A stretch of 64,000 bases of DNA from Mytilus trossulus. Its lineage: Eukaryota. The stretch is from positions 2,914,001 to 2,978,000 of the forward strand of contig NW_026963315.1 in assembly GCF_036588685.1 (NCBI RefSeq), written 5' to 3'. Of the stretch, positions 40,001-48,770 are shown piece after piece. Numbering within the stretch: the stretch's first letter is position 1; each line of letters begins with the position of its first letter. The notes below the pieces were generated by a model, which was given only the letters and a program-made list of their open reading frames with translations, had not been told where the DNA came from and searched no databases. The translations under genes and the position numbers were made by a program.

Positions 40001-40909
40001 CAATGCTCCTGTAGGGTATGAGAAGATCCTTTATCCTTAAATGAACATCATGATGGGTGCAACTTCTTATATATCAATTTTCGGTATGTCAGACACATTT
40101 TAGATCATTGAATTAACATCTAAGTTTTTAATAGGTATGCTCATATCTATATCCTTTATATTTTCTTAGTGAAATGATGTAATCAATAAAGATAAATGTA
40201 TTTAAATTTGGAATCAAACTTAATTTTGCAAACCATTCCAGTTGGATTGCTTTCAGATGAAATACTAGTCAGTTTACTATTTTACAGCCGTTTGCATTGT
40301 GTGTGTAGGTAAAGGTAATATCTTCTATAAGCTTGCTTGCTTCCTGAACCGTGAAGTCATTATTAGGTAAGGTATAATACCCTGCTTTTGAAGTAGCCTA
40401 GTTCTGAAGACAGATAGAAGTAGCCTAGTCCTAAAGACAGATAGATCTGTTGAACTAGTCTACTCTAAAAGAAGGGTAGTTTACCTAACCTAATAGTGAC
40501 TTCATGATTCAGCTAGCAAGCAAGATAACCAAAGATATTACCTTTACAAAATTGAATGAAGAAAGTGTTGCCTAAAACCATATCATTGATTTGAATGACT
40601 AAGAACTCTGATCTTCTATTTCAGAATATGACAAATATACAGCTCGATTCTACAAACTTTTGTAATCCAATGTACTACAAATCAGAAGATATAGACACTA
40701 CATTTGATTCTATGGAGAATCCAGTTACCTCCCTTGACCGTGAGGCTCCAGTTACTTCCCCTGATATTAGTGTAGGACTTCCGAAGGATGCTTCTCAAGG
40801 GGCTACCCCTAGTAATTTAAGGAAGTACAGAGTGAAGAAAAAGGCATTGAGTCCTGTTGAACACTCTGATAAGGATAAAGATGGACTAGTTGCAGAAGAG
40901 GAATTGTAA
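915..40909 (+). CDS. LRP2: LRP2/megalin-like LDL-receptor family gene, 3' part (33 coding exons in window, 5' end upstream of window)
   Basis: Exons join with consistent phases into LDLa x8 - EGF x2 - YWTD propeller - EGF - LDLa x11 - EGF x2 - YWTD propeller - EGF x2 - TM - tail with FCNPMY. Only two EGF units between the last propeller and the TM, plus the tail motif [11 protein letters not shown], favour LRP2 over LRP1. Confidence 0.88.
1735..1881 (+). CDS. LRP2: LRP2 exon w2, LDLa ([11 protein letters not shown]...)
   Basis: tacag|..|gtaagt, 147 nt. Confidence 0.9.
2806..2910 (+). CDS. LRP2: LRP2 exon w3, LDLa ([23 protein letters not shown])
   Basis: tacag|..|gtaagg, 105 nt; not in the ORF track. 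Confidence 0.88.
3265..3965 (+). mobile_element. Hairpin-terminated interspersed element carrying a 79-bp tandem array (about 5.6 copies, 3331-3773)
   Basis: attctgattggct near the 5' end; units start at 3331, 3410, 3489, 3568, 3647, 3726; perfect 39-bp stem 3865-3903/3924-3962. Confidence 0.7.
4472..4600 (+). CDS. LRP2: LRP2 exon w4, LDLa
   Basis: tttcag|..|gtaggt, 129 nt. Confidence 0.9.
4816..6044. mobile_element. Non-autonomous DNA transposon, 16-bp TIR, 6-bp TSD
   Basis: CATACCTGCCAACTTT...AAAGTTGGCAGGTATG flanked by GACTCA/GACTCA; degenerate short relative at ~23280-23533. Confidence 0.88.
6079..6336 (+). CDS. LRP2: LRP2 exon w5, two LDLa
   Basis: ttttag|..|gtaaaa, 258 nt. Confidence 0.88.
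6684..6806 (+). CDS. LRP2: LRP2 exon w6, LDLa ([16 protein letters not shown])
   Basis: tttcag|..|gtaagt, 123 nt. Confidence 0.9.
7139..7261 (+). CDS. LRP2: LRP2 exon w7, LDLa ([14 protein letters not shown])
   Basis: tttcag|..|gtgagt, 123 nt. Confidence 0.9.
7831..8546 (+). repeat. 55-bp tandem array spanning a splice acceptor (13 acceptor copies)
   Basis: Unit ATATAAATGAGTGTAACAGTCCCTTCCATGGTTGT-GTATTTTTTGTGTATTTCAG, starting at 7852 and every 55 nt to 8512. Confidence 0.97.
8512..8634 (+). CDS. LRP2: LRP2 exon w8, calcium-binding EGF ([15 protein letters not shown])
   Basis: Only the last of 13 repeated acceptors gives an open frame; donor gtatac; 123 nt. Confidence 0.85.
8771..9222. 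mobile_element. MITE with GGTC(A/C)GAGACCACA termini (family also at 19945-21478 in reverse and ~29725-30085)
   Basis: Imperfect TIRs ggtcagagaccacaatt / aattgtgttctcggacc; three dispersed copies in the window. Confidence 0.8.
10098..10229 (+). CDS. LRP2: LRP2 exon w9, calcium-binding EGF ([16 protein letters not shown])
   Basis: tacag|..|gtaagt, 132 nt. Confidence 0.9.
10664..10922 (+). CDS. LRP2: LRP2 exon w10, YWTD propeller start
   Basis: caatag|..|gtagat, 259 nt, [12 protein letters not shown]...LDWVG. Confidence 0.85.
11265..11396 (+). CDS. LRP2: LRP2 exon w11, propeller (KVYWVD)
   Basis: ttccag|..|gtaggt, 132 nt, phase 2-2. Confidence 0.88.
11511..12670 (+). mobile_element. Helentron-associated (HINE/DINE-1-like) element with internal ~176-bp repeats
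   Basis: 5' short inverted repeat, (GTCC)n microsatellite, tandem units with accagagggtgtgtcatgatgtatg, 3' ggggccc subterminal repeat and small hairpin. Confidence 0.7.
12955..13125 (+). CDS. LRP2: LRP2 exon w12, propeller (YLYWTDW)
   Basis: ttgcag|..|gtgagt, 171 nt. Confidence 0.9.
13643..13940 (+). mobile_element. HINE-like element, one 169-bp core unit (family also at 15743-16020, 22261-22667, 23852-24114, 33186-33614, 36981-37173)
   Basis: tttatgccc..ggggc(a)ttatg head, (CCGT)n, cttcaggttaaagtttttggtcaagg core, ggggcat..ggacacattcttgtt tail. Confidence 0.8.
14105..14328 (+). CDS. LRP2: LRP2 exon w13, propeller ([17 protein letters not shown])
   Basis: tttcag|..|gtaagt, 224 nt. Confidence 0.9.
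14490..14885 (+). mobile_element. 5'-truncated non-LTR retrotransposon (LINE) 3' end
   Basis: ORF2-type C-terminal CxxC..EDxFHxxLxC..Y..R motif ending at stop 14722, then a 3' UTR, AATAAA and (AATTG)n tail. Confidence 0.75.
15476..15721 (+). CDS. LRP2: LRP2 exon w14, EGF + first LDLa of last cluster
   Basis: tttcag|..|gtaagc, 246 nt. Confidence 0.9.
16361..16581. mobile_element. TA-flanked MITE
   Basis: tactgtatagcgggtt.. / ..aacccactatacggta with internal inverted symmetry. Confidence 0.7.
16790..17029 (+). CDS. LRP2: LRP2 exon w15, two LDLa
   Basis: ttttag|..|gtaagt, 240 nt. Confidence 0.9.
17060..17137 (+). repeat. 78-bp duplicate of exon w15 3' end plus donor
   Basis: Copy of 16957-17034 at offset 103, 2 mismatches. 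Confidence 0.95.
17267..17392 (+). CDS. LRP2: LRP2 exon w16, LDLa
   Basis: ttctag|..|gtaaga, 126 nt. Confidence 0.9.
17610..18203. mobile_element. MITE with GGGCATAC termini in a (C/T)TAA site
   Basis: gggcatacataacagtt / aactgtatcgtatgccc. Confidence 0.7.
18289..18534 (+). CDS. LRP2: LRP2 exon w17, two LDLa ([11 protein letters not shown]...)
   Basis: ttccag|..|gtaagg, 246 nt. Confidence 0.9.
19500..19631 (+). CDS. LRP2: LRP2 exon w18, LDLa ([12 protein letters not shown])
   Basis: tttcag|..|gtacaa, 132 nt. Confidence 0.85.
19955..21013. mobile_element. Non-autonomous DNA transposon (P- or hAT-like), 14-bp TIR, 8-bp TSD, nested in a MITE terminus
   Basis: CAAGGATCCGGAAA...TTTCCGGATCCTTG flanked by TCCGAGAC at 19947-19954 and 21014-21021. 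Confidence 0.9.
21973..22148 (+). CDS. LRP2: LRP2 exon w19, LDLa + start of next LDLa
   Basis: ttgtag|..|gtaagt, 176 nt, phase 1-0. Confidence 0.88.
23617..23821 (+). CDS. LRP2: LRP2 exon w20, LDLa
   Basis: ttttag|..|gtaagt, 205 nt, phase 0-1. Confidence 0.88.
24717..24842 (+). CDS. LRP2: LRP2 exon w21, last LDLa ([14 protein letters not shown])
   Basis: tcacag|..|gtaagt, 126 nt. Confidence 0.9.
25883..27009. mobile_element. Non-autonomous DNA transposon with cttgtcc/ggacaag subterminal repeats, inserted in an older repeat
   Basis: caagcctctacaataa / ttattgtcgaggcctg; host repeat is interrupted at 25882 and resumes at 27010. Confidence 0.75.
27055..27195 (+). CDS. LRP2: LRP2 exon w22, EGF
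   Basis: ttgtag|..|gtaggt, 141 nt. Confidence 0.85.
27223..27587. mobile_element. Fold-back element with two outward-facing tRNA B-box-like motifs
   Basis: Inverted arms 27231-27323 / 27388-27478; 13-bp direct repeat tattcttgatata on both flanks. Confidence 0.6.
28663..28806 (+). CDS. LRP2: LRP2 exon w23, calcium-binding EGF ([12 protein letters not shown])
   Basis: tcttag|..|gtaagg, 144 nt. Confidence 0.88.
28734..29255 (+). repeat. Degenerate ~80-105 bp tandem array of exon w23 3' half plus donor (6 copies)
   Basis: Repeated aaggtttccaggat...aaaaatggtggacagtgtaaagctgcag|gtaaggtcaaa. Confidence 0.9.
31240..31516 (+). CDS. LRP2: LRP2 exon w24, last propeller start (IYWTD)
   Basis: tttcag|..|gtatgt, 277 nt. 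Confidence 0.88.
32044..32172 (+). CDS. LRP2: LRP2 exon w25, propeller (NVYWTD)
   Basis: ttgcag|..|gtaagt, 129 nt. Confidence 0.9.
32949..33172 (+). CDS. LRP2: LRP2 exon w26, propeller (WVYWTD...IYWCD)
   Basis: ttgtag|..|gtaaat, 224 nt. Confidence 0.88.
33934..34113 (+). CDS. LRP2: LRP2 exon w27, propeller end
   Basis: atgtag|..|gtttgt, 180 nt. Confidence 0.85.
35451..35570 (+). CDS. LRP2: LRP2 exon w28, EGF ([13 protein letters not shown])
   Basis: ttttag|..|gtgagt, 120 nt. Confidence 0.9.
36307..36657 (-). mobile_element. tRNA-derived SINE with 10-bp TSD
   Basis: Minus strand gagccgtggtgtagtggttagtg (A box)...ggttcgattccc (B box); ATTAATCTTA at 36297-36306 and 36658-36667. Confidence 0.85.
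36869..36970 (+). CDS. LRP2: LRP2 exon w29, membrane-proximal EGF
   Basis: ttttag|..|gtaagt, 102 nt. Confidence 0.88.
37183..37987 (+). mobile_element. HINE-like element with four tandem 169-bp core units
   Basis: ttcaggttaaag at 37281, 37450, 37619, 37788; same head and tail as the 13643 copy. Confidence 0.88.
38225..38290 (+). CDS. LRP2: LRP2 exon w30, EGF end and stalk (GFLGPYCE)
   Basis: ttacag|..|gtaagt, 66 nt; completes the EGF. Confidence 0.85.
38470..38935 (+). repeat. Degenerate ~85-bp tandem array of acceptor plus start of the TM exon
   Basis: gtag|gacttgttacaatt (38546), gtag|gacttactacaatc (38635), gtag|gaattgctacaact (38809), gtag|gacttgcaacaatt (38893); weaker copies near 38475 and 38722. 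Confidence 0.75.
38893..38980 (+). CDS. LRP2: LRP2 exon w31, transmembrane helix ([26 protein letters not shown])
   Basis: ttgtag|..|gtttgt, 88 nt; hydrophobic run then basic stop-transfer residues. Confidence 0.85.
39150..39361. mobile_element. TA-flanked MITE, TACTGTGGATTCAT family (other copies at 1-129, ~15070-15258, ~23835-24283, ~42640-42778)
   Basis: tactgtggattcatttatttt..ccaattttcgtggatt / aatccacgaaaattgg..aatgaatccacagta. Confidence 0.85.
39662..39776 (+). CDS. LRP2: LRP2 exon w32, cytoplasmic tail ([11 protein letters not shown])
   Basis: atacag|..|gtaagt, 115 nt, phase 2-0. Confidence 0.82.
40309..40547. mobile_element. Fold-back MITE (second copy at ~52512-52722)
   Basis: gtaaaggtaatatc / gatattacctttac termini with long internal inverted symmetry. 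Confidence 0.7.
40625..40909 (+). CDS. LRP2: LRP2 terminal coding exon w33, FCNPMY endocytic motif, stop TAA
   Basis: tttcag|AAT..GAATTG TAA, 285 nt. Confidence 0.85.
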   Translation, partial: NMTNIQLDSTNFCNPMYYKSEDIDTTFDSMENPVTSLDREAPVTSPDISVGLPKDASQGATPSNLRKYRVKKKALSPVEHSDKDKDGLVAEEEL

Positions 40910-43323
40910 CAATGAATTCTGGGTAAAATTTCCTCACCAATGATCTCAGATCAATTACTACAACAAAGACAGACATATCATGTTGTTTGAAAGAACAGTG
41001 ATTGGATAATGTTGTGAATGTGTCAATTTTCATTTTTGATATTCCTGACAAATTAAACTTGAGATGATGTTTCCAGACAATGTGAAATCAAGCTTTGGCT
41101 ATTGCTTTGCATTTTTAACCTAATACTGAGTGAATTAGAAAGTAGTTGTCTGTATATATAGGATACATGAAGCAATTCTCAGTATGAAGTTTGATTTGCC
41201 TTAACAGCTTCTGTATTATCAATTGTCAGTTTCACAGCTTAACTGCCATAATATAGAATTTTTTCATTGTGTCTGAATATACTACAGAAATTTTGGAGCA
41301 TCCACTGAAGGTTTAAAAGGTTTTTGCTGATCAAAATCTTGGACGTGTTCTTTATTAGGAAATTGAAATATGAAGTATCCATTTTGTACAGCAAGATCTT
41401 CCAGTGACTTTTGGCATGTGTGCTTGCTTAATTCATTTTTTTTCATTTTTGATAACCATCATAACATTTTCATTGTTATTTTCAATACATTTATGATTTT
41501 TATGTAAAAAAAAGCATTATGATTGAAATACAAATCGTCCAAGTCTAATCTTATAAGGATGTGAAGACACTTCTTTCTGCTTTTTGTTTGATGGCCTTTA
41601 ATGATCCTATTGTTTTTGGTAATAAAACACACATTCAAAAATTTGAAAGCAGGCGTTTCATTAATAGGGAGAACAGAAAATTTAACTGAGTGATGTCAGA
41701 TCCTTCTAAAATAGGATCTGTATTTCAATCAGATTGGTAAAGAAGGCCCAAATATTCTTCATCAATCAACAAATTTGAAACCATATATCAGCTGATTACA
41801 GGAACACAATCTAGAGACCCATTATGGAGAATATGTGATGCCCTGCCAAAATGCCTTATGTAATCAAATACAAATTCATTTTATATTTAGTTCCTGAACA
41901 TTTGTAAATAGTTGATGTAGATATCATACAATTCATATTATTATATTAAAATGTTTAATCAGTTTCTGACTGTTTTCCTTTTTTGCCATCTGTTCTTACA
42001 GACATTTATGTCCATAGTTGAAGAGGCCAGTGGTTTATGGTTACCTACTATTTTTTAATGTTGGACAAATCTGTAAATTCAGAAATTATTGCAAGGTTTC
42101 TGTTAATGTGAATAAATGACTGGTTTGGTTTAACAAAAATAAGAACTCACATTCTGATATCTGATACAAAATATTGGTATGCAGCTTTTCCCTAAATCTG
42201 AATCATGAATTTCACTTTTTTTTCAATTTCTTTATCTTCAGTAAACTAATGATGGTCCATCTGATTTTTATAAAGCCAACATTTTCTACTTGTTTTGGAA
42301 GTTCCAAACTAAAATTTTCCATGTTGAGCTATTGGATTGAACACTTTTAAGACAAATATCTCAGGATAATCCGGATTGTGTTCGTGTATGAATTATTCAT
42401 AAATATTGATCTCTTTTAAAGGAACAAAAATCAGAACAACATATTTTCAAAGGTGTTGGTTGCAATTAATTGACTTATGAAATAACCGTTTCACAGATGA
42501 TATCGGACATGTTCCTTATGTTATCACTACAATCCCCTTTAACGAATGGGACCTTCTGAATTAGATTATTAGCCATGGCGTTGACAGTTTATTTCAATCT
42601 ATAAGTTTATCTGTTCCTGGTGATTTTATACTTTTCCTTGGTTCCAACTTTTCGTGAACACTTATATTTATTTGTTATGCCAAAGTCTGTATTTTGTTGT
42701 AGATTTGTATTTTAGGTTCATCTTTACCCAAGAAATCAAAGAAAATTAGCATACAATGGAAAAAAGTGAATCCACAGTGTTCAGATATAAATTAAAATCA
42801 CAAAAATACGAAAATGTTTTGAGCTCCGAGGAAAATTCAAAAAGAAAATTCCAAACACCTTGCAATCATTATTCACCCCAATCATGCCAAACATAGTTGA
42901 CCTATTGCATTAAGTATCTGAGATAAGGTATTGACCACGAAAACTTTACTTTGATCACTGATCCATGAAATGAGAAGTCAGGTTAATCCTTTTTGTTAAA
43001 TGCAAGGATCCTATATACCAAATGAATGTATCATAGTACTCATATAATTGAATATTTCACCAAAACATTTTATTTATTAAAAAGTTGCTTAACCGTTGAG
43101 ATTTGTTCCTTCTGAAATATAAAGCTTTAAGCAATAGTTAATGCATAATGCACCCACTACAGGATTGTCATCCCTATATCTCTCATTTAGCAACTTTCTT
43201 TACTGTCGACTTAATTCAGTTCTTAATTGATCTGAAATTAATCCATGTTTGGTGCACAATAATCACTGATTCACTTGAGTGTGTAACATAATCTTAATTA
43301 AATGTATAAACTTATCAAACTGC

Positions 43324-43329
43324 AATAAA
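43324..43329 (+). terminator. Candidate LRP2 polyadenylation signal (alternatives at 41621 and 42111)
   Basis: AATAAA followed by a T-rich tract about 2.4 kb after the stop; not verifiable without transcripts. Confidence 0.3.
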
Positions 43330-44362
43330 ATTTAAGTATGTTTATTTCTTATTTAAAAGCCCTTTTAATAGTCCATGGTGTTTGCATATTAACATGATTA
43401 AGACATGAAAAAATGTGTGTTAGAAACACAAACTTCTTAAAAAGATACACTTCAATGCTTTGTTTCTTATAAAAACACTTATTTATGAAATAATAATTTT
43501 ATGATTATCACACTAAGGCACTCTTATGAAACCTTCTCTTTTCATACATAAACATACAAATTATTGACTATAAATTAGATATCAGAGGGAAAAAGATGCT
43601 TAAGCAACGCAAGCCAACTTTCAAAATTCTAGAAAATTTGAATTCTCATACTTTTGACAATTGAATAAGTAGACCCCATTGCTTGAACAGACCAATGTCT
43701 CATTAGCAGCCTTTTGCATGTAAATTTTGCGGTGATCAGACAGATTTGAAATTGAAAAAAGTTTTTTTGTTATGTCCCTTTGTTTATTGATCAAAAAGAT
43801 AAGGTTTAAAACCAATAGTTGCCTATATAGATTAAGCTGTGTCTACAAAAATGGTGTATGATTATAGGGTTATAGAGTTAAAAGAGACTTACAAGATTTA
43901 CAGTCACCACAAAGTTCATAAGGTATATTTACAAATTAAAATACAAGTAAAGACATCACACGAAGGTGTGTGTGTCAATGTTACATAATGGTTTGTAATA
44001 CCTTGACAATCAATGCAAGCAATGCAATCCATTGACAAAGTGCTACCTTGAGGGCCGTATGCCATAAAACAGTCACATAATATATTGTTTGTACATCTAC
44101 TAGTAATTAAATTGTAAAAAAAAATCTGTTTAAATTTGATTAAGGAAGCTCTCAGATAAGTTTATGTGGAGGCACACTATTTCATATCCTTTTTGAATAA
44201 TTAAGTGTGAGCACAATTGCTTAGAATAAAGAAGGATACACGCAGCGCCACGTTATTATCCAACTTGAAGACAAAATATCAAACGTTTATCGCGTTCTTA
44301 TTTCGTATATTGTAGGAACGTTTCTACAAAAGCGTAATTTTTCGAACATGATTTGAAAAGTT

Positions 44363-46036
44363 TTAAATAACTTTGTACAGCGTAACCTTTCCCCTTTCGT
44401 TGCACAGAAGTAATGTTCTTTTTTCTATGTCAAAATACACATCATTCGGTTTATGTAGTCCATCTTGTAAAGTCAATAAAGTCGTGCTGTCCTTTCCATC
44501 ATGTTGTATGACGGTAAGATTACGGGAACTATGACCAACAACATACACGTTTTGCTTATTGTCTACGGTAATACCTACAGGCAAACGAATGGATTCACTT
44601 TCAAACTGCCATAACTCTTCTCCGTTCAAACGACAACAATGTACTTTGTTTTTGCTCGTGTCTGTGTAGAATAGCCTGTCTTTGCTAGTTGTAATGTAAT
44701 ACACATCATTCAATTCCATTTTCAGTGTTTCCATGTGCCTTCCCGATAGATCCAGGACTTGTATTGAAGAGTACCCTACAACGTAAAGTCTTCCACCCTC
44801 TTCAGATACTCCAAAGCAATCATCTTGTAGTTCAATTTTCTTTTCAACCGTAAAGGTATTGATATTCATTATTTCTAAGTACTTTGCGTCACCATATGAC
44901 ACAGCAATACGATTAGGTTTAATTACTGTAATGTCATAAGGTCGGGAAGAGACCGCAATTGCTCGCACATGTTTGCCTTTATCATTGTACAGTATTAAAT
45001 GCTTTCCCTTTCCATTCGCCATCAAGAAATGACCACCCAGCAATGAAACACAACTTGAAATATTCATTGTATGCTTTCTATATTTGAATATATCAAAAGA
45101 TGTCATTACCTGAAGCTTAATTTCAGACATGTTTCTTGATGGTGGAATAGTGATCCCTATTTGAGCTTGATCGATTTTTATGTCTCTGAAATGCAGACTG
45201 GTCGCACAGGCTGAGACTTTAATCTGACCAAATTCTTTGACTTCTTCTAATAACTTCGCAATGAGGTTGTGAAAAACTATTTTCAATTCATTATCCTTGG
45301 TATTACTAATGGTACTCTTAATTGATTCCGTCTCGCTTACGACACAATTATTAATTTGGCGTGTCCCAAGAAACACTTGTATATCAGAAGAAAATTGTTT
45401 CATATGTATTGTTTGTTCCCTCAGTTTGGTGAGCTTGTCCTCTGTTGATTCTAAATTTTGCATGAATTTTGCACATTTCGATTTACAAGTCTGAGAGGCT
45501 GACTTTAGTTCAAATAATAATTTTGTCTCTAACTTGTCTAGGTGACCATTAATTTTTGTCCGAGTTTCATGAATTAGGGTTTTAACCACCAATTCTCGTT
45601 TTTCAATTTCTTTTGAAGCGGATTGACGATTTATTATACATTGTTTCACGTTGAGCAGCGTTCCCTCGATCGATTCTTCAAGGTCAGCTAAAGCAGTCGA
45701 TTGTGTTGCATTTGTTGAGGCAACGCTAATTGGTACAACACCAGAACATGACTTGTGATTTGACGTGACACAAACCATGCAAAGGGCTTTGTCGTGAGTT
45801 GTACAGAACCACTCAAGGTTTTCTCCATGATTCTTACAGACCTGGGAGATTGAAACATGTTCAATCTTGCGATAATCTTCTATTAATATAACCTTATGGT
45901 TCCTTGATATTTTGCTTTTCCTGTGAACGTTTTCGCAATCTTCACATAATCCCTCTTCACAATAAGTGCACCATCGATTTGCCACCCCGGCGATGTCATC
46001 GTACAAACATGGACCACAAGATACTGCTGAGGCCAT
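44363..46036 (-). CDS. RING-less TRIM-like protein A: B-box1, B-box2, coiled coil, NHL-like beta-propeller (557 aa, single coding exon)
   Basis: CGPC...WCTYCEEGLCEDCENVH...H (B-box1), CKNH..WFCTTHDKALCMVC..H (B-box2), helical middle, C-terminal PYDITV/PVGITVD/PNDVYFD repeats; splice acceptor 12 nt upstream of the ATG. Confidence 0.85.
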   Translation of the reverse strand: MASAVSCGPCLYDDIAGVANRWCTYCEEGLCEDCENVHRKSKISRNHKVILIEDYRKIEHVSISQVCKNHGENLEWFCTTHDKALCMVCVTSNHKSCSGVVPISVASTNATQSTALADLEESIEGTLLNVKQCIINRQSASKEIEKRELVVKTLIHETRTKINGHLDKLETKLLFELKSASQTCKSKCAKFMQNLESTEDKLTKLREQTIHMKQFSSDIQVFLGTRQINNCVVSETESIKSTISNTKDNELKIVFHNLIAKLLEEVKEFGQIKVSACATSLHFRDIKIDQAQIGITIPPSRNMSEIKLQVMTSFDIFKYRKHTMNISSCVSLLGGHFLMANGKGKHLILYNDKGKHVRAIAVSSRPYDITVIKPNRIAVSYGDAKYLEIMNINTFTVEKKIELQDDCFGVSEEGGRLYVVGYSSIQVLDLSGRHMETLKMELNDVYYITTSKDRLFYTDTSKNKVHCCRLNGEELWQFESESIRLPVGITVDNKQNVYVVGHSSRNLTVIQHDGKDSTTLLTLQDGLHKPNDVYFDIEKRTLLLCNERGKVTLYKVI

Positions 46037-46959
46037 ATTTGGGAGTCCCTATAAAGGAAAACGAGAGGTGTAGTAATTTTCTTAATCAAATTTCTTTTAA
46101 TATATATACTATTACAAAGTGATGATGTAGTTATTCAAATTGTTGTTTTACCACTCATAGAATCGTTCCCAAAAAGTATTATCTGTGCAGTAACTTATGC
46201 TTCGTCGTTTGTACTGCTAATTAATTAAACAGTGCACTTTTACTATCTATAAACTACAATGCACCTTATTTCAAATAAAGTTGCAAGTAGTACCTTAAGC
46301 AAGTTTTAGTTATTAGTTGGTAATTTTAGTTCTAATTTCCATGCTTATGTAGGTTCCGATTCTGAGTTCTTTTGTGATTAGAAGCGTGTAATACTTGCCT
46401 AGTCAACACACGTACTGATACATACTGTTATATTTTTTTTTATAAAACTTTTCATTGTTTTCTTTAGTATACATTTTTTAAACAGGAAACTGGTATTGAT
46501 GATGAATATTTGGCAATCAAAATATATATTCACTTTCATTTTTTTTAAAACTTATTAAATAACCCTTTCTGTCAATAATTTGCCCAGTCTTTTACACATA
46601 TAAGTCGTATATTAATCTATGTTTTAACTCATAAAAATATTTCATTGTTTGTGGGGTATCTTTTCTTTAAGACGATCTGATACATATTACATTTCATAGT
46701 TTTAAATATATATTTACTTGTGTTTGTGTGAGTGTTCTTTTACCAGACGCAGTCTTGCCGAAACGAAAGAAACTCTATTGTTATAAAATATTACAAATTA
46801 TCTTGGGTTGTTTCAAAAAAGTACGCTAACATTCAATGACAAATAAAAATTTCTTAGTACAAGATTAATATCACAAAGAACGATACATTGGAATAATTGA
46901 GTAAACATAAGTTACATGTGACAGCAATTCAAAATTATTTTTAATGAATGCAGACTAAT

Positions 46960-47141
46960 CCCTATCTTAGCTGGATTTGGCAAAAGTTTTGTGAATTTTG
47001 GTCCTCAATGCTCTTCAAACTTCGTACTTTATTTGACCTTTTTAACTTTTTGGATTCGAGCGTTACTGATGAGTCTTTTGTAGACAAAATGCGCGTCTGG
47101 CGTATATACAAAATTTAGTCCTGGTATCTATGATGAGTTTA
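46960..47141 (+). mobile_element. Retrozyme-like repeat with mutated hammerhead (47060-47103); more decayed copy at ~50330-50525
   Basis: gcgtta-CTGATGA-gtct tttgt agac-AAAA-t gcgc g-tc-tggcgt (G12 changed to A). Confidence 0.7.
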
Positions 47142-47432
47142 CCCTAACGCGAGATTTGATACAAGGAAAGGCATCGAGAGGTCACTACCAATTTCACACT
47201 TTCAGCAATAAAAAGGGAAATAATCTTTAGCTAGCACGTAGCTCTACTAAATTCATCTTACCTTTAACTTAATTAGATTCGAATTTATTAAATTGAGCAT
47301 ACTGATACACTTTTCTTCAATCAAATTACTAAATAAGTACAAATACAACAAATACTAATATGATTAAAATTGAGAATGGAAATGGGGAATGTGTCAAAGA
47401 GACAACAACCCGACCAAAGATAAAAACAACAT

Positions 47433-47814
47433 TAGTCTATTTGCCAATTCCCGTCATTGACCCTGTATTTAGATATTCCTTTTTAGCTGTCTCCCTTATG
47501 AGAACATATATTTTTAATTCAATGGAGGACTAACAAAAAGAGTAAATTAATCCGAGCGTTATGTGAGTAACCTTTAAGTTTTTTAAATCTGTTTTAATTT
47601 CATCAATTTGTTGTTAAGCTTATTACTTTTGAACATCAGAAATCCCTTTTATGGAAAATTAGTAAAACCGCTAATACTTTCAATTAATTATGCTTTGCAT
47701 TTACAGACGCCAATTGTGTCCGGGTATGGAACCAGTCTACACCTGACAAAGGGAGGTAATTTGTGAAAAATGAGTGTAATAACAGAATCAAATCGGTAAC
47801 TGGCAAATGGACTA
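47433..47814. mobile_element. MITE with TAGTC termini
   Basis: tagtctatttgccaattcccg / cggtaactggcaaatggacta. Confidence 0.65.
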
Positions 47815-48770
47815 TTGTCTTGGGAATAGCACATTGTCTTTTTTATTTGAAGATGTACATTGATTTATGCATATGGAACAGTCTTTTACCCCCTTCCCCT
47901 AATTGTGATAGCAAACCACAAAAAGAATGAACAAAACATTATAATTTTATCTTGGTAATTTAAGAAGGGCGTAAGGAGGATGTTTTCATGCGTTCCTGAA
48001 AAATAAGCATTTCTTTCCTGATTCTGAAAAAGAAACCTAAGTTCCTGAGTCTTGAAAAAAGTATATCCCGAACTTTCGTCACATAAAGACCCTATTACGA
48101 ATTTGCGCAAAAATTATGGCCTCCTCTTTAATCCCAAAGTGTAGATAAATCTCCCACCCCCTCAACTATACATGCAAACATCTGTAGACGAAATTACTCT
48201 TAGATTCTCTTGAATTGATAATAAAATAAGTCAGAAATAAGAAACCACAAAGTACATAAAAAATAAAACAATGATCAATACATTTAACTTGTGTGTTATA
48301 GCACATTTTGTGTAAATTATTATTGATAGGCTCACATTATTGTGAAATTTCAGACGACATTTAAATTTGTTCAATTTATTTTCAGTCTTTCAGATTTGTT
48401 CAGAAAAATCAATGTACTTGTATTTGTTGCAATTTAAAACTGCAAATTTGAAACTCATTAACAATAGATGCCTTGCATGAAAATGATAAAATTATGCTAA
48501 CCATTTAAAACTGCGTTCTTGTTACTATACGGTAAATATCTCATTCATATATGTTAATACACATTTAAATGAAAATACACTATCTTTGTCAAATAAATGC
48601 ATGATATCATTTGAATGGAAAATAGTACCGTTTCTTCGATACGCTGTCATTTATGATTTAGAGAGTATCTATTATGTTAATATTAATACCTACATTTTAA
48701 AGCAAAAATAAACATGCTAGTTTGAATTTCATAACACATCTCCATAATTTATATGGAAAAACACTACAAA

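Noticed and set aside
915-40909. LRP1/LRP1B identity
   Set aside because: LRP1 has a longer run of EGF repeats before the TM; here there are two, and the tail resembles megalin.
46759-46774. ISRE/IRF element GAAACGAAAGAAAC upstream of gene A
   Set aside because: Short A-rich motif in AT-rich DNA with unknown transcription start; not supportable.
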